Positions 53,190 through 63,227 of a DNA stretch of 64,000 nt are shown piece after piece. The stretch spans positions 32,001-96,000 of the IMG/VR virus record IMGVR_UViG_3300013936_000011; one strand, given 5' to 3'. A model generated the notes under the pieces. It searched no databases and was not told the origin of the DNA. It saw only the letters and a program-made list of their open reading frames with translations. Made by a program: the position numbers and the translations under genes. The DNA comes from a virus. Taxonomy: Duplodnaviria; Caudoviricetes. The number at the start of each line of letters is the position of its first letter. Positions within the stretch are counted from its first letter, which is position 1.

Positions 53190-54896
53190 ATGCTTACTAA
53201 AACTCAAACAATGAATGCTATTCAAAAATCGTTAATAGCATATAAAACGAATGTGTTAGATAATTTATATACTAATCAAAATGCATTCTCTAATGTAAAG
53301 GTTGGCAATACTACTATTGCTGCTGATTCAGCTACTGATACATTAACATTAACTGCTGGAAATAATATAACTTTGACTCCTAATGCAACTGATGATAGTG
53401 TTTCTATAGCTGCTAAGGATACTACTTATACAACTAGTTCTCCTATATCACTATCTGGAACTACTATCTCTCACGCTACATCTGGAGCATCAGCTGGTAG
53501 TTATGGAGATAGTACTAATCAAACTCCTGCTTATGGAGCAACATTTAAAGTGCCATATTTAACAATAAATAATACTGGACATGTAACAGGTATATCTGAA
53601 CATACAGTAAAAATACCTGCTTCAAATAATACAGATACTAAAATGAATGTAACTCTTAACACTACTACTAAGGCTTATCTTGTAGGTGTTTCTACAACTC
53701 CTACTACAACAGCTAAAGCTTTAACTGGTATAGCAGATACAGGCGTTTATCTTGATACTACTGCTGGTAGTTTAACAGCAACTACTTTCAATGGAGCTCT
53801 TAGCGGTAATGCTACTAGTGCAGATAAAGTTAATAATCAATTAAATATTGTATTAAAAGCAATACAAGGAGGAGCAAGAACATCATATGATGGATCTTCT
53901 GTTCAAACAGTTCTTATAAATCCATCAAGTATAGGCGCAGCATTTGAAAGTCATACACATAGCCAATATGTAAACCCAAATTCATATGGCTATATATTTA
54001 TAGGTGATGATGAAAACATTAGTGCTACTGGCACAGATGATGTAATAGCTTTTAAACCTGGAGATGGTATAAATATCAGTTTTGGGACTTCAGATGTTGC
54101 AACATCTTCAGTATTAATTGCTAATGCTGGTGTTAGAAGTATATCTTCAGGTAGTACTAATGGTACTATATCAGTTAATACAGGCGGTACAACAGCAGAT
54201 GTAGCAGTAAAAGGATTAGGAACTGCAGCATATACAGCATCAACAGCTTATGCATCTTCAAGCCATACACATAAATATGCAGGTTCATCATCAGCAGGTG
54301 GTACTGCAACAGAAGCTGCTAAGACAACTGGTACACTTACTATACAAGGTAATGGTATAAGTATTAATACATTTAATGGTTCTGCAAATAAAACAGTAAA
54401 TATTACACCAGCTAATATAGGTGCTGCTACTAGCAGTCATACCCATAGTGGATATGCATCTTCTACTCATGCTCATGGACTACTTAACAGTGATTTTACG
54501 AAAGAAGTAAATGGTTCTACTGGAGGATGGGAATTAATAAATAGCACTAATACTGGTTATTTATTAACATCACTAAGAGGTGGTAATTCTGTTCCAGATT
54601 GGTTTAACTCACCATATGGTTCAGGTATCATATTTGGTGGTTCTGATACAAAGGGTGTATTGTCAATGTCTTATACTTCACCTTCAATAACATTTGCAGG
54701 CGGTGCATCATCTCCTTCTTGGAATTTAAAAATAACTGGTTCAAACAATAAAACATATAATCTTAATGATTATGCAACAAACGATGTAATCTTAACTCTA
54801 CAAGGTTATGTAAGCACTTTACAAAGCGATGTAAGTACTTTAAAAACTCAAATGGGAGATGTAGAAAGTATATTACAAGAAATTAACGGAGAATAG
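53190..54896 (+). CDS. Fibre protein 2
   Basis: 568 aa; N-terminus paralogous to fibre 1; Thr/Ser/Gly-rich; four HxH motifs; FNGALSGNATSA motif; C-terminal coiled coil. Confidence 0.8.
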   Translation: MLTKTQTMNAIQKSLIAYKTNVLDNLYTNQNAFSNVKVGNTTIAADSATDTLTLTAGNNITLTPNATDDSVSIAAKDTTYTTSSPISLSGTTISHATSGASAGSYGDSTNQTPAYGATFKVPYLTINNTGHVTGISEHTVKIPASNNTDTKMNVTLNTTTKAYLVGVSTTPTTTAKALTGIADTGVYLDTTAGSLTATTFNGALSGNATSADKVNNQLNIVLKAIQGGARTSYDGSSVQTVLINPSSIGAAFESHTHSQYVNPNSYGYIFIGDDENISATGTDDVIAFKPGDGINISFGTSDVATSSVLIANAGVRSISSGSTNGTISVNTGGTTADVAVKGLGTAAYTASTAYASSSHTHKYAGSSSAGGTATEAAKTTGTLTIQGNGISINTFNGSANKTVNITPANIGAATSSHTHSGYASSTHAHGLLNSDFTKEVNGSTGGWELINSTNTGYLLTSLRGGNSVPDWFNSPYGSGIIFGGSDTKGVLSMSYTSPSITFAGGASSPSWNLKITGSNNKTYNLNDYATNDVILTLQGYVSTLQSDVSTLKTQMGDVESILQEINGE

Positions 54897-54910
54897 GAAA
54901 GGGTGATAAA

Positions 54911-56056
54911 ATGGCAATATCAGATGAATTAGATTTAACGTTACAAACAAAAGAAGGTCTTAAAGGAGTTATAGAAGATAACGGTCAGACTGCTCCTACC
55001 AAGTTCTCGCAATATCCTGCAGTACTTGATAATATAATAGATAATATGAGAAGCCAATTAAAAATAGCGGATTTTATAATTATCAATGATGATACAACTC
55101 TAGCATCATTAAATAGTTTCTTTGAATTTTTACCTTCTGTTCCAGCAGGTTCTACAACTACTACACAAGCTACGGCTGAAGTAACAACATCAAACTTAAA
55201 CGTAAGAGCTTCTGGTTCTTCTAGTGGTAGTTATGTAGGACTATTGGTTAAAGGAGATGTTGTTAATGTATATGGCACAGCATCTTCAGGATGGTATAAA
55301 ATAAATCAATGGCGTAGTAGCTCTACTGGTGCATTAACAAATCATGGAAGTAGTTATGCTTATATATCTAACAGTTCATCTTATGTAACATATTATCCTT
55401 CTACTACAATATCTAATAAGAAACAAATAGATATAAGTAGTACAGATGGTACTTCTGTACAACAAAAATGTAATTACGTATTAGCTGAAACTAAAGGCTG
55501 GGAAGTATTATTTGACGAAACTTATAAACCAGGAACAGGTTCTTCTGGAGCTTCAACTACAACAGAAAGAACTACTGATTATTCATTTAATAACTGCTAT
55601 ACAGATAACTATTCTTCAAGCAGTTATGGTAGTAAAGTTGCTACAAATACTTCAACAGTAAGACAAGGTTATTATTCTGGATACTATTATTATAAAGGTA
55701 ATTTCAGATTTACAAGTTCTAGACTTTCTGAAATTAAGAGTGTCTTAAATAATTCAACTGTAAAATCTGTTCAAATATATGTACAAAGAGCAAATACTAC
55801 ACATGGTACGTCTGGCTCAGCTACATTAAAACTATATGCATGTAACAGTTCAGGTTCATATTCTGATGTTTTAGTAGATGGCTCAAGTACATTAGCTAGA
55901 GGCGGAGGCAAATGGATAACATTAAGTAGTGATGTAGTTAATGGATTCAAGACTGGTAAATATGATCACTTCAAAGCATATTATCCTTCTACTAGTTTAT
56001 CATATTATATAGTATTTGCATTAAATGCTAAATTGAGAATAACTTATACAGCATAA
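54911..56056 (+). CDS. SH3b-domain-containing tail/receptor-binding protein
   Basis: AEVTTSNLNVRASGSSSGSYVGLLVKGDVVNVYGTASSGWYKI...AYIS..YV is a bacterial SH3 (SH3_3) pattern; Tyr/Ser-rich C-terminal beta domain. Confidence 0.75.
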   Translation: MAISDELDLTLQTKEGLKGVIEDNGQTAPTKFSQYPAVLDNIIDNMRSQLKIADFIIINDDTTLASLNSFFEFLPSVPAGSTTTTQATAEVTTSNLNVRASGSSSGSYVGLLVKGDVVNVYGTASSGWYKINQWRSSSTGALTNHGSSYAYISNSSSYVTYYPSTTISNKKQIDISSTDGTSVQQKCNYVLAETKGWEVLFDETYKPGTGSSGASTTTERTTDYSFNNCYTDNYSSSSYGSKVATNTSTVRQGYYSGYYYYKGNFRFTSSRLSEIKSVLNNSTVKSVQIYVQRANTTHGTSGSATLKLYACNSSGSYSDVLVDGSSTLARGGGKWITLSSDVVNGFKTGKYDHFKAYYPSTSLSYYIVFALNAKLRITYTA

Positions 56057-56073
56057 TTTTATAAGTATCATAT

Positions 56074-56103
56074 AAAAGGGTCGATCAACAATCGGCCTTT
56101 TTT
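56074..56103 (+). terminator. Intrinsic terminator
   Basis: AAAAGGGTCGAT-CAACA-ATCGGCCTTTTTT. Confidence 0.8.
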
Positions 56104-56107
56104 ATTG

Positions 56108-56122
56108 GTAATAATATTATAG
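56108..56122 (+). promoter_or_regulatory. Candidate late-promoter element GTAATA-W-rich-AG
   Basis: GTAATAATATTATAG immediately after terminator and before SD. Confidence 0.3.
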
Positions 56123-56143
56123 TTAATGAAAGGGTGTGTTATT

Positions 56144-56677
56144 ATGGCCGATATTAATCAAAAAGATTGGGATAAAATAAAGGACGTTATAGTATCACCT
56201 TATTATAATGACGGATATGGTCGTTATGATTTAAGCCTTGAAGAAGTAGCTCGTGGCCTACAAGCTATGGGTTATGATCTAAATGGAGGCGGTGGTAGTA
56301 CTAATCCAGATGAATCTCAAGCAGATACATCTAATTATAAATTAGAATTATTAAGCACTAATGGAACACAGATTACAGACGAAGGCTTTTACACTACATT
56401 ATATGTTAAGTTATATAAAGACAATAAAGATGTTACAGATATAACGAGTGAATCTAATTTTAAATGGACCAGATTTTCTGGTAATTCTGAAACTGATAAA
56501 TTAAAAGATGCTGCATGGAATTTACGTTATGCAGCAGGTGCAAAAGAAATATTAGTTACCAGAGAAGACGTAAACAGAAGAGCATTATTCCAATGTCAAT
56601 ATGTTCAATACGAAGATGAAGTAACATGGGTAAAAAATGCATACTCTACTTACGTTGATTCAATAACAAAAAATTAA
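56144..56677 (+). CDS. Ig-like tail protein
   Basis: Start revised to ATG 56144 (GAAAGGGTG SD). YKLELLSTNG...LYKDNKDVT...FKWTRFSG...WN...ILVTREDV...FQC Ig-like module shared with the next two genes. Confidence 0.65.
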   Translation: MADINQKDWDKIKDVIVSPYYNDGYGRYDLSLEEVARGLQAMGYDLNGGGGSTNPDESQADTSNYKLELLSTNGTQITDEGFYTTLYVKLYKDNKDVTDITSESNFKWTRFSGNSETDKLKDAAWNLRYAAGAKEILVTREDVNRRALFQCQYVQYEDEVTWVKNAYSTYVDSITKN

Positions 56678-56691
56678 AAGAGGTGATATAA

Positions 56692-58257
56692 ATGGCAAAC
56701 AACAATTATGCAGCTAAAGCTACTGCACAGATTACTATCGTCGATACTACAGATGCGTCTTATCTATCAGGTGGGTTATCAATAGTTAGCGGTAGTAGAA
56801 ATCAAATATATGTTCCTACAGCTACAGGAGATAGTGCATATTCTCCTAACTGGAAATTTAATAATCTTGTTATTAGACCATTTTTAACTGCTTCTAACAT
56901 AAAGAAAGCTGATGGAACAACATATTATAATCCTGATTTATTTTCGCCTGAAGAATATCCTTCATTTACTACTGGTACTTTTACGAATATTATAAGTGAT
57001 ATACATTGGTATCGTAGAGATAATGCAGGAGTAGAAACTGAAATAGTTTCTGGAACAGAAGGTTATAGCTTTAATTGGGATTACAGTATAAATAACGAAA
57101 CTGTTACTATAAATGACAAGAGACAATTAGTTATTAATGAAAATGTATTGTCTCCTAATACTAGTATGGACATTATATGTAAATTCTCTTATAACGATCC
57201 ATATGCTAATATGTCAATTGGACAACAATTTAGTATTAATATTTCAAACATAGCAGCAGGGACTGGTACTTCTAAAGTTCATATAGAAGCTGTTAATGGA
57301 AATACGATATATAACGATAGCCCTGAGTATATACAATTAGAGGCTAGCTTCTATTATAATGGAGATGCTATAGAGTTAGCATCAGAAATAGCAAATGCAG
57401 AAAGTACTACATCTGTTTTATGGTATATAAGAGATATAAAGACAAATACATGTTGGAGATTACTTGATGCAACTCAACAAGATTATATTAACGAAAATTC
57501 TGAAACAGGAAATAAATTATACGAAGTTTGCGAATATGAACAAGTAACAGGTTCAGATAGCACTATCACTACTGAATTATCTCCTGTTAAGAATTCTAAA
57601 GGCGGAACAGTACTTAAAGTGTATCCAGATTTAATAGCTGGTTCTGATGTTATTAAATGCGTAGTTACTTATAACAACGTACAATATAGTGAATTACAAG
57701 TTGTATATGACAATTCAGATCCTATAAGAATGTATATTCAATCAAGTACTGGAGATAAATTAAGTCGTGGTCAAGATAATGATAATACAATACTTAAACC
57801 TGTAATTATATATAAAGGTCAATTATTAGATGATACTAATACAGAAGACCTACAATTACTTAATAGCTTGTTTTCATATTTCTGGTATAAAGATGCTATC
57901 GATGGTTCTGTTACATGGAATGTATGGAATGAATATGACGGAGGTATAGCTACATTAAAAAGTCAAGTAGTGACTAACTCAAATGAAGGATTGACACTTA
58001 TGGAAGGAACTAGAGAATTATATGTTACTGCAGATGATATAGATAAGCAAAATAAATTCACGCTAGACTTGGTTGATAAAGTACAAGTAGCTGCTTCAAA
58101 TAGTAGAACTTATCTTATGACGAATCAATTAACTGAAGATCAAGTAATGACAGCTAGTTTAATAAATGAAAATGCAGGAATAAACGCTAACGATATGGAT
58201 GCTACATTAGCAACTGCATATGAAATACAAGCTTATACTCAAGAAGAAAACAAATAA
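56692..58257 (+). CDS. Tail protein with tandem Ig-like domains
   Basis: 521 aa; KATAQITIVDTTD, YSPNW N-terminus; two further Ig-like modules; GAGGTGA SD. Confidence 0.65.
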   Translation: MANNNYAAKATAQITIVDTTDASYLSGGLSIVSGSRNQIYVPTATGDSAYSPNWKFNNLVIRPFLTASNIKKADGTTYYNPDLFSPEEYPSFTTGTFTNIISDIHWYRRDNAGVETEIVSGTEGYSFNWDYSINNETVTINDKRQLVINENVLSPNTSMDIICKFSYNDPYANMSIGQQFSINISNIAAGTGTSKVHIEAVNGNTIYNDSPEYIQLEASFYYNGDAIELASEIANAESTTSVLWYIRDIKTNTCWRLLDATQQDYINENSETGNKLYEVCEYEQVTGSDSTITTELSPVKNSKGGTVLKVYPDLIAGSDVIKCVVTYNNVQYSELQVVYDNSDPIRMYIQSSTGDKLSRGQDNDNTILKPVIIYKGQLLDDTNTEDLQLLNSLFSYFWYKDAIDGSVTWNVWNEYDGGIATLKSQVVTNSNEGLTLMEGTRELYVTADDIDKQNKFTLDLVDKVQVAASNSRTYLMTNQLTEDQVMTASLINENAGINANDMDATLATAYEIQAYTQEENK

Positions 58258-58274
58258 TATAGCGAGGTGATAAT

Positions 58275-61200
58275 ATGATATCTTATAAAGCACTTACACG
58301 TGCCAGCATCACCTTACAACTTATCGATGATATAGGACTATATGATTCAGAGATATTCTCTAGTAATGGTTTATTATTACAACCTTATGATCGAAGTACA
58401 ACTTTAACTGGAATTATATATAAGAATAATAGAGATATCACTTCTGAGATAAAAGATATTAGATGGACTATGTGGTCTCCCGACGCATCTAATTATGCTA
58501 CAGATGAAGAATGGAACGAAAACCATAAAGGCTCAAATGTAATAGAAGTAACTTCTGATGAAATTGATAGTAAATGCGTTATTCAATTCGAAGCTTATAA
58601 AAAGAATAAGATGAATGAAGATGAACTTATTGCATGTAGCCATATAACATTAGTAGATATTAATGACTTAATAGCCGTAACCGAAAAACCTGATAATCCT
58701 TATGATGGACAATTATGGGTTGATACTTCAACAGATCCTGCTACTATATGGGTTTATAAAAATGGTAAATGGAATAGAGTTGGAACAGTAGACGCAATAG
58801 TTAAGAACTTAATTAGAAACTCTGCTTTTACTACATTTACTAATAAATATTATGATGTAGTCGGTAGCACTGTTTTATCTTATACTCCTTCTGTATTTCA
58901 ACGAGGAAGTTATAACTGGTTAAAGTTACAATCAGATGTAGCTATTGATGCAGAGCGTGGTGTATCATATACAGTATTTGATGAAGATATCAAAACTAAT
59001 TCTGATTATAGTTTTCAGATGTTAGCATATGCTACGTCAGCAACATCTGCTGTAGACAATAGAATAAATGTAAGAATATGTTCTATCGATGAAAGTAATA
59101 CAGAGACTGCTTTATATGAATATAAAGATTTAGAAATAACAACTGATGTATGTAAGTTCTTTACATCTTTTAAAACTCTACCAAATACAAAGACTATTAA
59201 GATATATATAACTGGTCGTAATGGTTCAGTGTACGATTTTAATATTTCACATTTAGCTTTATATAATACTGCTAATGATTATCCATGGCAACCACATCCA
59301 GATGATGCTTCACTTATATTGGATCAAGAAACTGTATTTAATGCATTAACTAATAACGGCACAGTTAAAGGCTTATATTCTATTCGTGACCCTAAAACTG
59401 GACAATTACAAATATACTTTAATGCTAATTATATACAATCAGGTACAATAAAAGGTGATCGTATAGATGCTCGTAACTTAACTGTTATTCGCGATGACGG
59501 CATTAAGACTCTTGAAATAACAGACAAGGGAGAAGTTAATCTTATCGTTAATTCATTTAAGCTTTCTTCTACTGGACAAACAATAGAAGATTTTATACTT
59601 GATTCTATTGATTTAAATGATAGTGGACAACTTAAATATCTGTTAAAGCAAATACAAAAAGAGAGCTCTGAAGCTGATGCTATATATACTGAGTTATATA
59701 ATACAGATGAATTAAAAGATGCTACATATAGCAAAGAGACTGCTACAGATTTAGATTTATCTATGTATACTAATGAAGCTAGTAGCGGACAACAAAGAGC
59801 TCGTAGACGTTCTATTATTACTCCAGGTTCAGATACAGGTGAAGAAAAGCTGCCTTCATTTGTATTAGGACAGTCTAAACTTGGATATGCAGTTCTTGGA
59901 GAAACAGGTTCTGGCAATTTAAAAACTATATTATATAATGTTAAACGTTCATATAATGGCGATACAGATAGATTAATTGCTAAGATAGAAGAGAGAATAG
60001 CAGAGATTGAAAAAGGTGGTAAAGCTAAAACTCAGGCTATTGCTATTTATTCTAACGATGAAATAATAGAAGAATCTACACTAGAAGATTTATACACAGT
60101 CTATATTGATAAATATTCATTATTAAAAAGAGTATTTGTAATATGTCAAGACGCTGTAGGCATAGTTAGATTAACAGTGGTAACTGATAGATGGTCTAAA
60201 CTTGAAGTTGAAACTAACCAAATATTATCTGAAGTTGGAGAAGTTAAAAAGTATTATGCTGGACCAGAGGGCGAAGAACCTACTTTATTAGAAGCGATAG
60301 GCTCAATAGCATCTGAAAAGATAACTCCTGAAGCTATAGTAAATATAGTACAAAACGGAGTAGTTGATGTTGATAAGGATCCACAGAAAGTATCTGAAAT
60401 AATATCTCAAACTGTAATTAATCAAACTGCTAGTGATATAGACATGTCTGCAGAGAATCTAAAGCAAGGATTAAAATCTTCATTTGACTTAAGTATTAAC
60501 GGTATTAAATTAGGCACTAAGGATGCTGATGGAAATACTACGTTAATAGATATGCATGGTGATACTGTACAAATAGCAGCACCTCAAATAGATTTAAGCG
60601 GTTATGTAACATTTAGTAAATTCGGTGATGAGTTTAATAAGAATTTTACTACTAGTTTTGATAAAAGTTTCAATGATAGTTTTGGTAAGAAATTTGATGA
60701 TAGCTTTACAATTAATTTAAATAAAGCATTCAAAGGAGAGTTACCAGATATAACTACTATAAACGGTGGTTTAATTACTACTAATACTATTTTAGGTAAC
60801 GCATTAGTTACTAATACAATAACTACTGATAAATTAGCAGCTGATGTATTGACTGCTAATAATATTAAAACAGGTAATCTACAAGGAACTAATAGTAAAA
60901 GCTATTTCGATCTTGATAATGGTACGTTTAGATTGGCTAATGCTGATAAAACATTCCTTACTTTTGATGGAAGTAAATTAAGCTTTGGAGATGTTGCAGC
61001 TAGTGACTTAGGTATATTAGTAGATGATGTTACAGGAGTTTTACCTTCTTGGGTTAAAGACTGGAATGGTAGAACTGTTGAAATAGATAATGAAAATATA
61101 GTAGGGGTTCGTGCTTTTCTTGGACATAAAGAAGGAACTGAACTAACTGGTATAGGACTAGGTGTTGATTTAGGAACTAATACTGGCGAAGAAGAATTTA

Positions 61201-63227
61201 AGGGCAATGTTGATTCTGGTATCGTAGGTATGAGATTTGGTAAAAAAACATTCGAACTTAAACTTGACGGTACTTTTAAATTTGGTAATGATTCCAGATA
61301 CATATCTTTTGATGACGAAGGATTAAAAGTATCTGCTATCTATGGTGAAGAAATTAAAGCATATAATCTTGATGTATATAAACGTAGTAAAGATACTGAA
61401 GGCAATTATGTATATGATAACAAGAATAAGACTTTTAGTGTAGATGATGAAGGTAACATATCTATAAAGGCTAATAGCTTTAGTTTAACTCCAACGACTG
61501 CAAATCAACAACAATTAATCAATGGTTTAACAAATAGTTCTACAAATAGCGAAACCAATGGTTTATGGATTAATGATGGCAAATTGAATATCAATGCTGA
61601 TAATATAACTACTGGTAAAATGAGTGCTGGACGAGTAAATATAACTGACGGTTCATTCTTGATAGGAACAGAAGATAAACCTGTATTTTGGATTAAGAAT
61701 AATGATGAAGTAATAATCAAACCTAGTCAATTCTTATTAACAGATATAAATGGCAATACAGTTATAGAAGTAAATGAAAATAAGAAAGTAACTATGAATG
61801 CTAGCTATATAAATACTGGTTCTATAAATGGTAAATTTATAGAAGCTGAAACTATCGATGTTTCACATCTTGTAGCTGGTACAGGTGCAACTAATATTAA
61901 CAATATATTGGATCAAGGCGGTATAGCATGGTCTAGTAAATTTGGTAGTGAAACTTCAGCTACTGCAATAACAGATTGTAAATTAGGATACGATGTAGCT
62001 CAAAACATAACAGATAAATATTCTGTAGGAGGTATTGTTAATGCCGATGAGGTAAACGAAACAGCTTATATAGAAATAGATTTAGGAAATACATATAAAA
62101 TATCTTCTTCAACTATTTATTTTGATACTAGTGCTGCTCCTGATAGTGGTGTTACATATTACTATAAAATTAAATATTCATATAACGGAACTGATTGGTA
62201 TTACATTGTTGGTAATGAATATAGTTCATATCAATCTGGATGGGCTACAGGCATTTTACCTAATCAGATAGCTCCATTGACTAATAATTTTAATGCAGAA
62301 TCTGGTGTTGAATATATAAATGCTCGTTATATTAGATTATGCCTTGGCAATCTTGGAACTGATCCTATTAACATGAAAGTAATATCATGGCATTTATATA
62401 GTTCTGGTAGATCTACGATAATAGACAGCTCTGGTATTACTACAGGTGCAATCAAAGCCGAACAAATTGCAGCAAATAGTATTAGTACGGAACATATCGA
62501 TATACTTGATGATTCATTTACTTTTACAGATAATGATGGAAACACTGTATTCGCTATAACAGAAGTTAATGATAATACTACTGTTGAAATAAGACCAGAT
62601 ACGTTTATATTAAAAGACGATAGCGGTAATGTTGGTGTAAGTCTTAAAGATGGTAAACTAGATATTGATGCTAGCAATATTACAACTGGTAAGTTAAAAG
62701 CTGATTATATACAAGGCGGTACTTTAGACACTTCGGTTATAAAATCAGGCTCTATATCTGGAAATCAGATAGATGCTAGAGAATTAAAAGTAATCAGAGA
62801 TGGCGAAAATGGACAAGTAACTACTTTACAAATAACTAATAATGGTGCTATTTATGCCAATTATGAAGACTTTATGTTAGTATCCAGTGATGGAACTAAA
62901 AACGTAGGAGACTATACAGATGCTCTACGCGATGACATAGAAGAATATATTCGATTTAGTGGAGACACTATCACTCTTGGTAAAGAAATTATGGAAGATG
63001 GTACAGCTAATAAGTTTAAAGCTAAATTAAGTTCTACATCACTTGATTTCATGGAAAATGATGTAGCTGTAGCATCTATATCAAACAACAGAATGTTTAT
63101 TACTAATGCACAAGTTAAGAATGTTTTAACTATTGGTAATTCAGCATCTGGAAATAATGTCGGTGGGTTCTTCGATTGGACTCTAAGACAAAATGGACAT
63201 TTATCATTGAAATGGAGGGCTAATTAA
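58275..63227 (+). CDS. Large tail-tip / host-specificity protein with Ig-like, CBM-like, beta-helical and F5/8C (discoidin)-like domains
   Basis: 1650 aa; KNLIRNSAF...WQPHPDD CBM-like domain; repeated I(D/N)A..I.TG.I; YIEIDLG...YKIKYSYNGTDW...ARYIRL discoidin; C-terminal EYIRF...ISNNRMFIT...NGHLSLKW. Confidence 0.75.
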   Translation: MISYKALTRASITLQLIDDIGLYDSEIFSSNGLLLQPYDRSTTLTGIIYKNNRDITSEIKDIRWTMWSPDASNYATDEEWNENHKGSNVIEVTSDEIDSKCVIQFEAYKKNKMNEDELIACSHITLVDINDLIAVTEKPDNPYDGQLWVDTSTDPATIWVYKNGKWNRVGTVDAIVKNLIRNSAFTTFTNKYYDVVGSTVLSYTPSVFQRGSYNWLKLQSDVAIDAERGVSYTVFDEDIKTNSDYSFQMLAYATSATSAVDNRINVRICSIDESNTETALYEYKDLEITTDVCKFFTSFKTLPNTKTIKIYITGRNGSVYDFNISHLALYNTANDYPWQPHPDDASLILDQETVFNALTNNGTVKGLYSIRDPKTGQLQIYFNANYIQSGTIKGDRIDARNLTVIRDDGIKTLEITDKGEVNLIVNSFKLSSTGQTIEDFILDSIDLNDSGQLKYLLKQIQKESSEADAIYTELYNTDELKDATYSKETATDLDLSMYTNEASSGQQRARRRSIITPGSDTGEEKLPSFVLGQSKLGYAVLGETGSGNLKTILYNVKRSYNGDTDRLIAKIEERIAEIEKGGKAKTQAIAIYSNDEIIEESTLEDLYTVYIDKYSLLKRVFVICQDAVGIVRLTVVTDRWSKLEVETNQILSEVGEVKKYYAGPEGEEPTLLEAIGSIASEKITPEAIVNIVQNGVVDVDKDPQKVSEIISQTVINQTASDIDMSAENLKQGLKSSFDLSINGIKLGTKDADGNTTLIDMHGDTVQIAAPQIDLSGYVTFSKFGDEFNKNFTTSFDKSFNDSFGKKFDDSFTINLNKAFKGELPDITTINGGLITTNTILGNALVTNTITTDKLAADVLTANNIKTGNLQGTNSKSYFDLDNGTFRLANADKTFLTFDGSKLSFGDVAASDLGILVDDVTGVLPSWVKDWNGRTVEIDNENIVGVRAFLGHKEGTELTGIGLGVDLGTNTGEEEFKGNVDSGIVGMRFGKKTFELKLDGTFKFGNDSRYISFDDEGLKVSAIYGEEIKAYNLDVYKRSKDTEGNYVYDNKNKTFSVDDEGNISIKANSFSLTPTTANQQQLINGLTNSSTNSETNGLWINDGKLNINADNITTGKMSAGRVNITDGSFLIGTEDKPVFWIKNNDEVIIKPSQFLLTDINGNTVIEVNENKKVTMNASYINTGSINGKFIEAETIDVSHLVAGTGATNINNILDQGGIAWSSKFGSETSATAITDCKLGYDVAQNITDKYSVGGIVNADEVNETAYIEIDLGNTYKISSSTIYFDTSAAPDSGVTYYYKIKYSYNGTDWYYIVGNEYSSYQSGWATGILPNQIAPLTNNFNAESGVEYINARYIRLCLGNLGTDPINMKVISWHLYSSGRSTIIDSSGITTGAIKAEQIAANSISTEHIDILDDSFTFTDNDGNTVFAITEVNDNTTVEIRPDTFILKDDSGNVGVSLKDGKLDIDASNITTGKLKADYIQGGTLDTSVIKSGSISGNQIDARELKVIRDGENGQVTTLQITNNGAIYANYEDFMLVSSDGTKNVGDYTDALRDDIEEYIRFSGDTITLGKEIMEDGTANKFKAKLSSTSLDFMENDVAVASISNNRMFITNAQVKNVLTIGNSASGNNVGGFFDWTLRQNGHLSLKWRAN

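Noticed and set aside
542-62677. Numerous short minus-strand ORFs (60-162 aa) in the ORF track
   Set aside because: Nearly all lie antisense to long plus-strand genes and show the Ser/Leu/Ile/Phe-rich composition expected of shadow frames, with no recognisable motifs.
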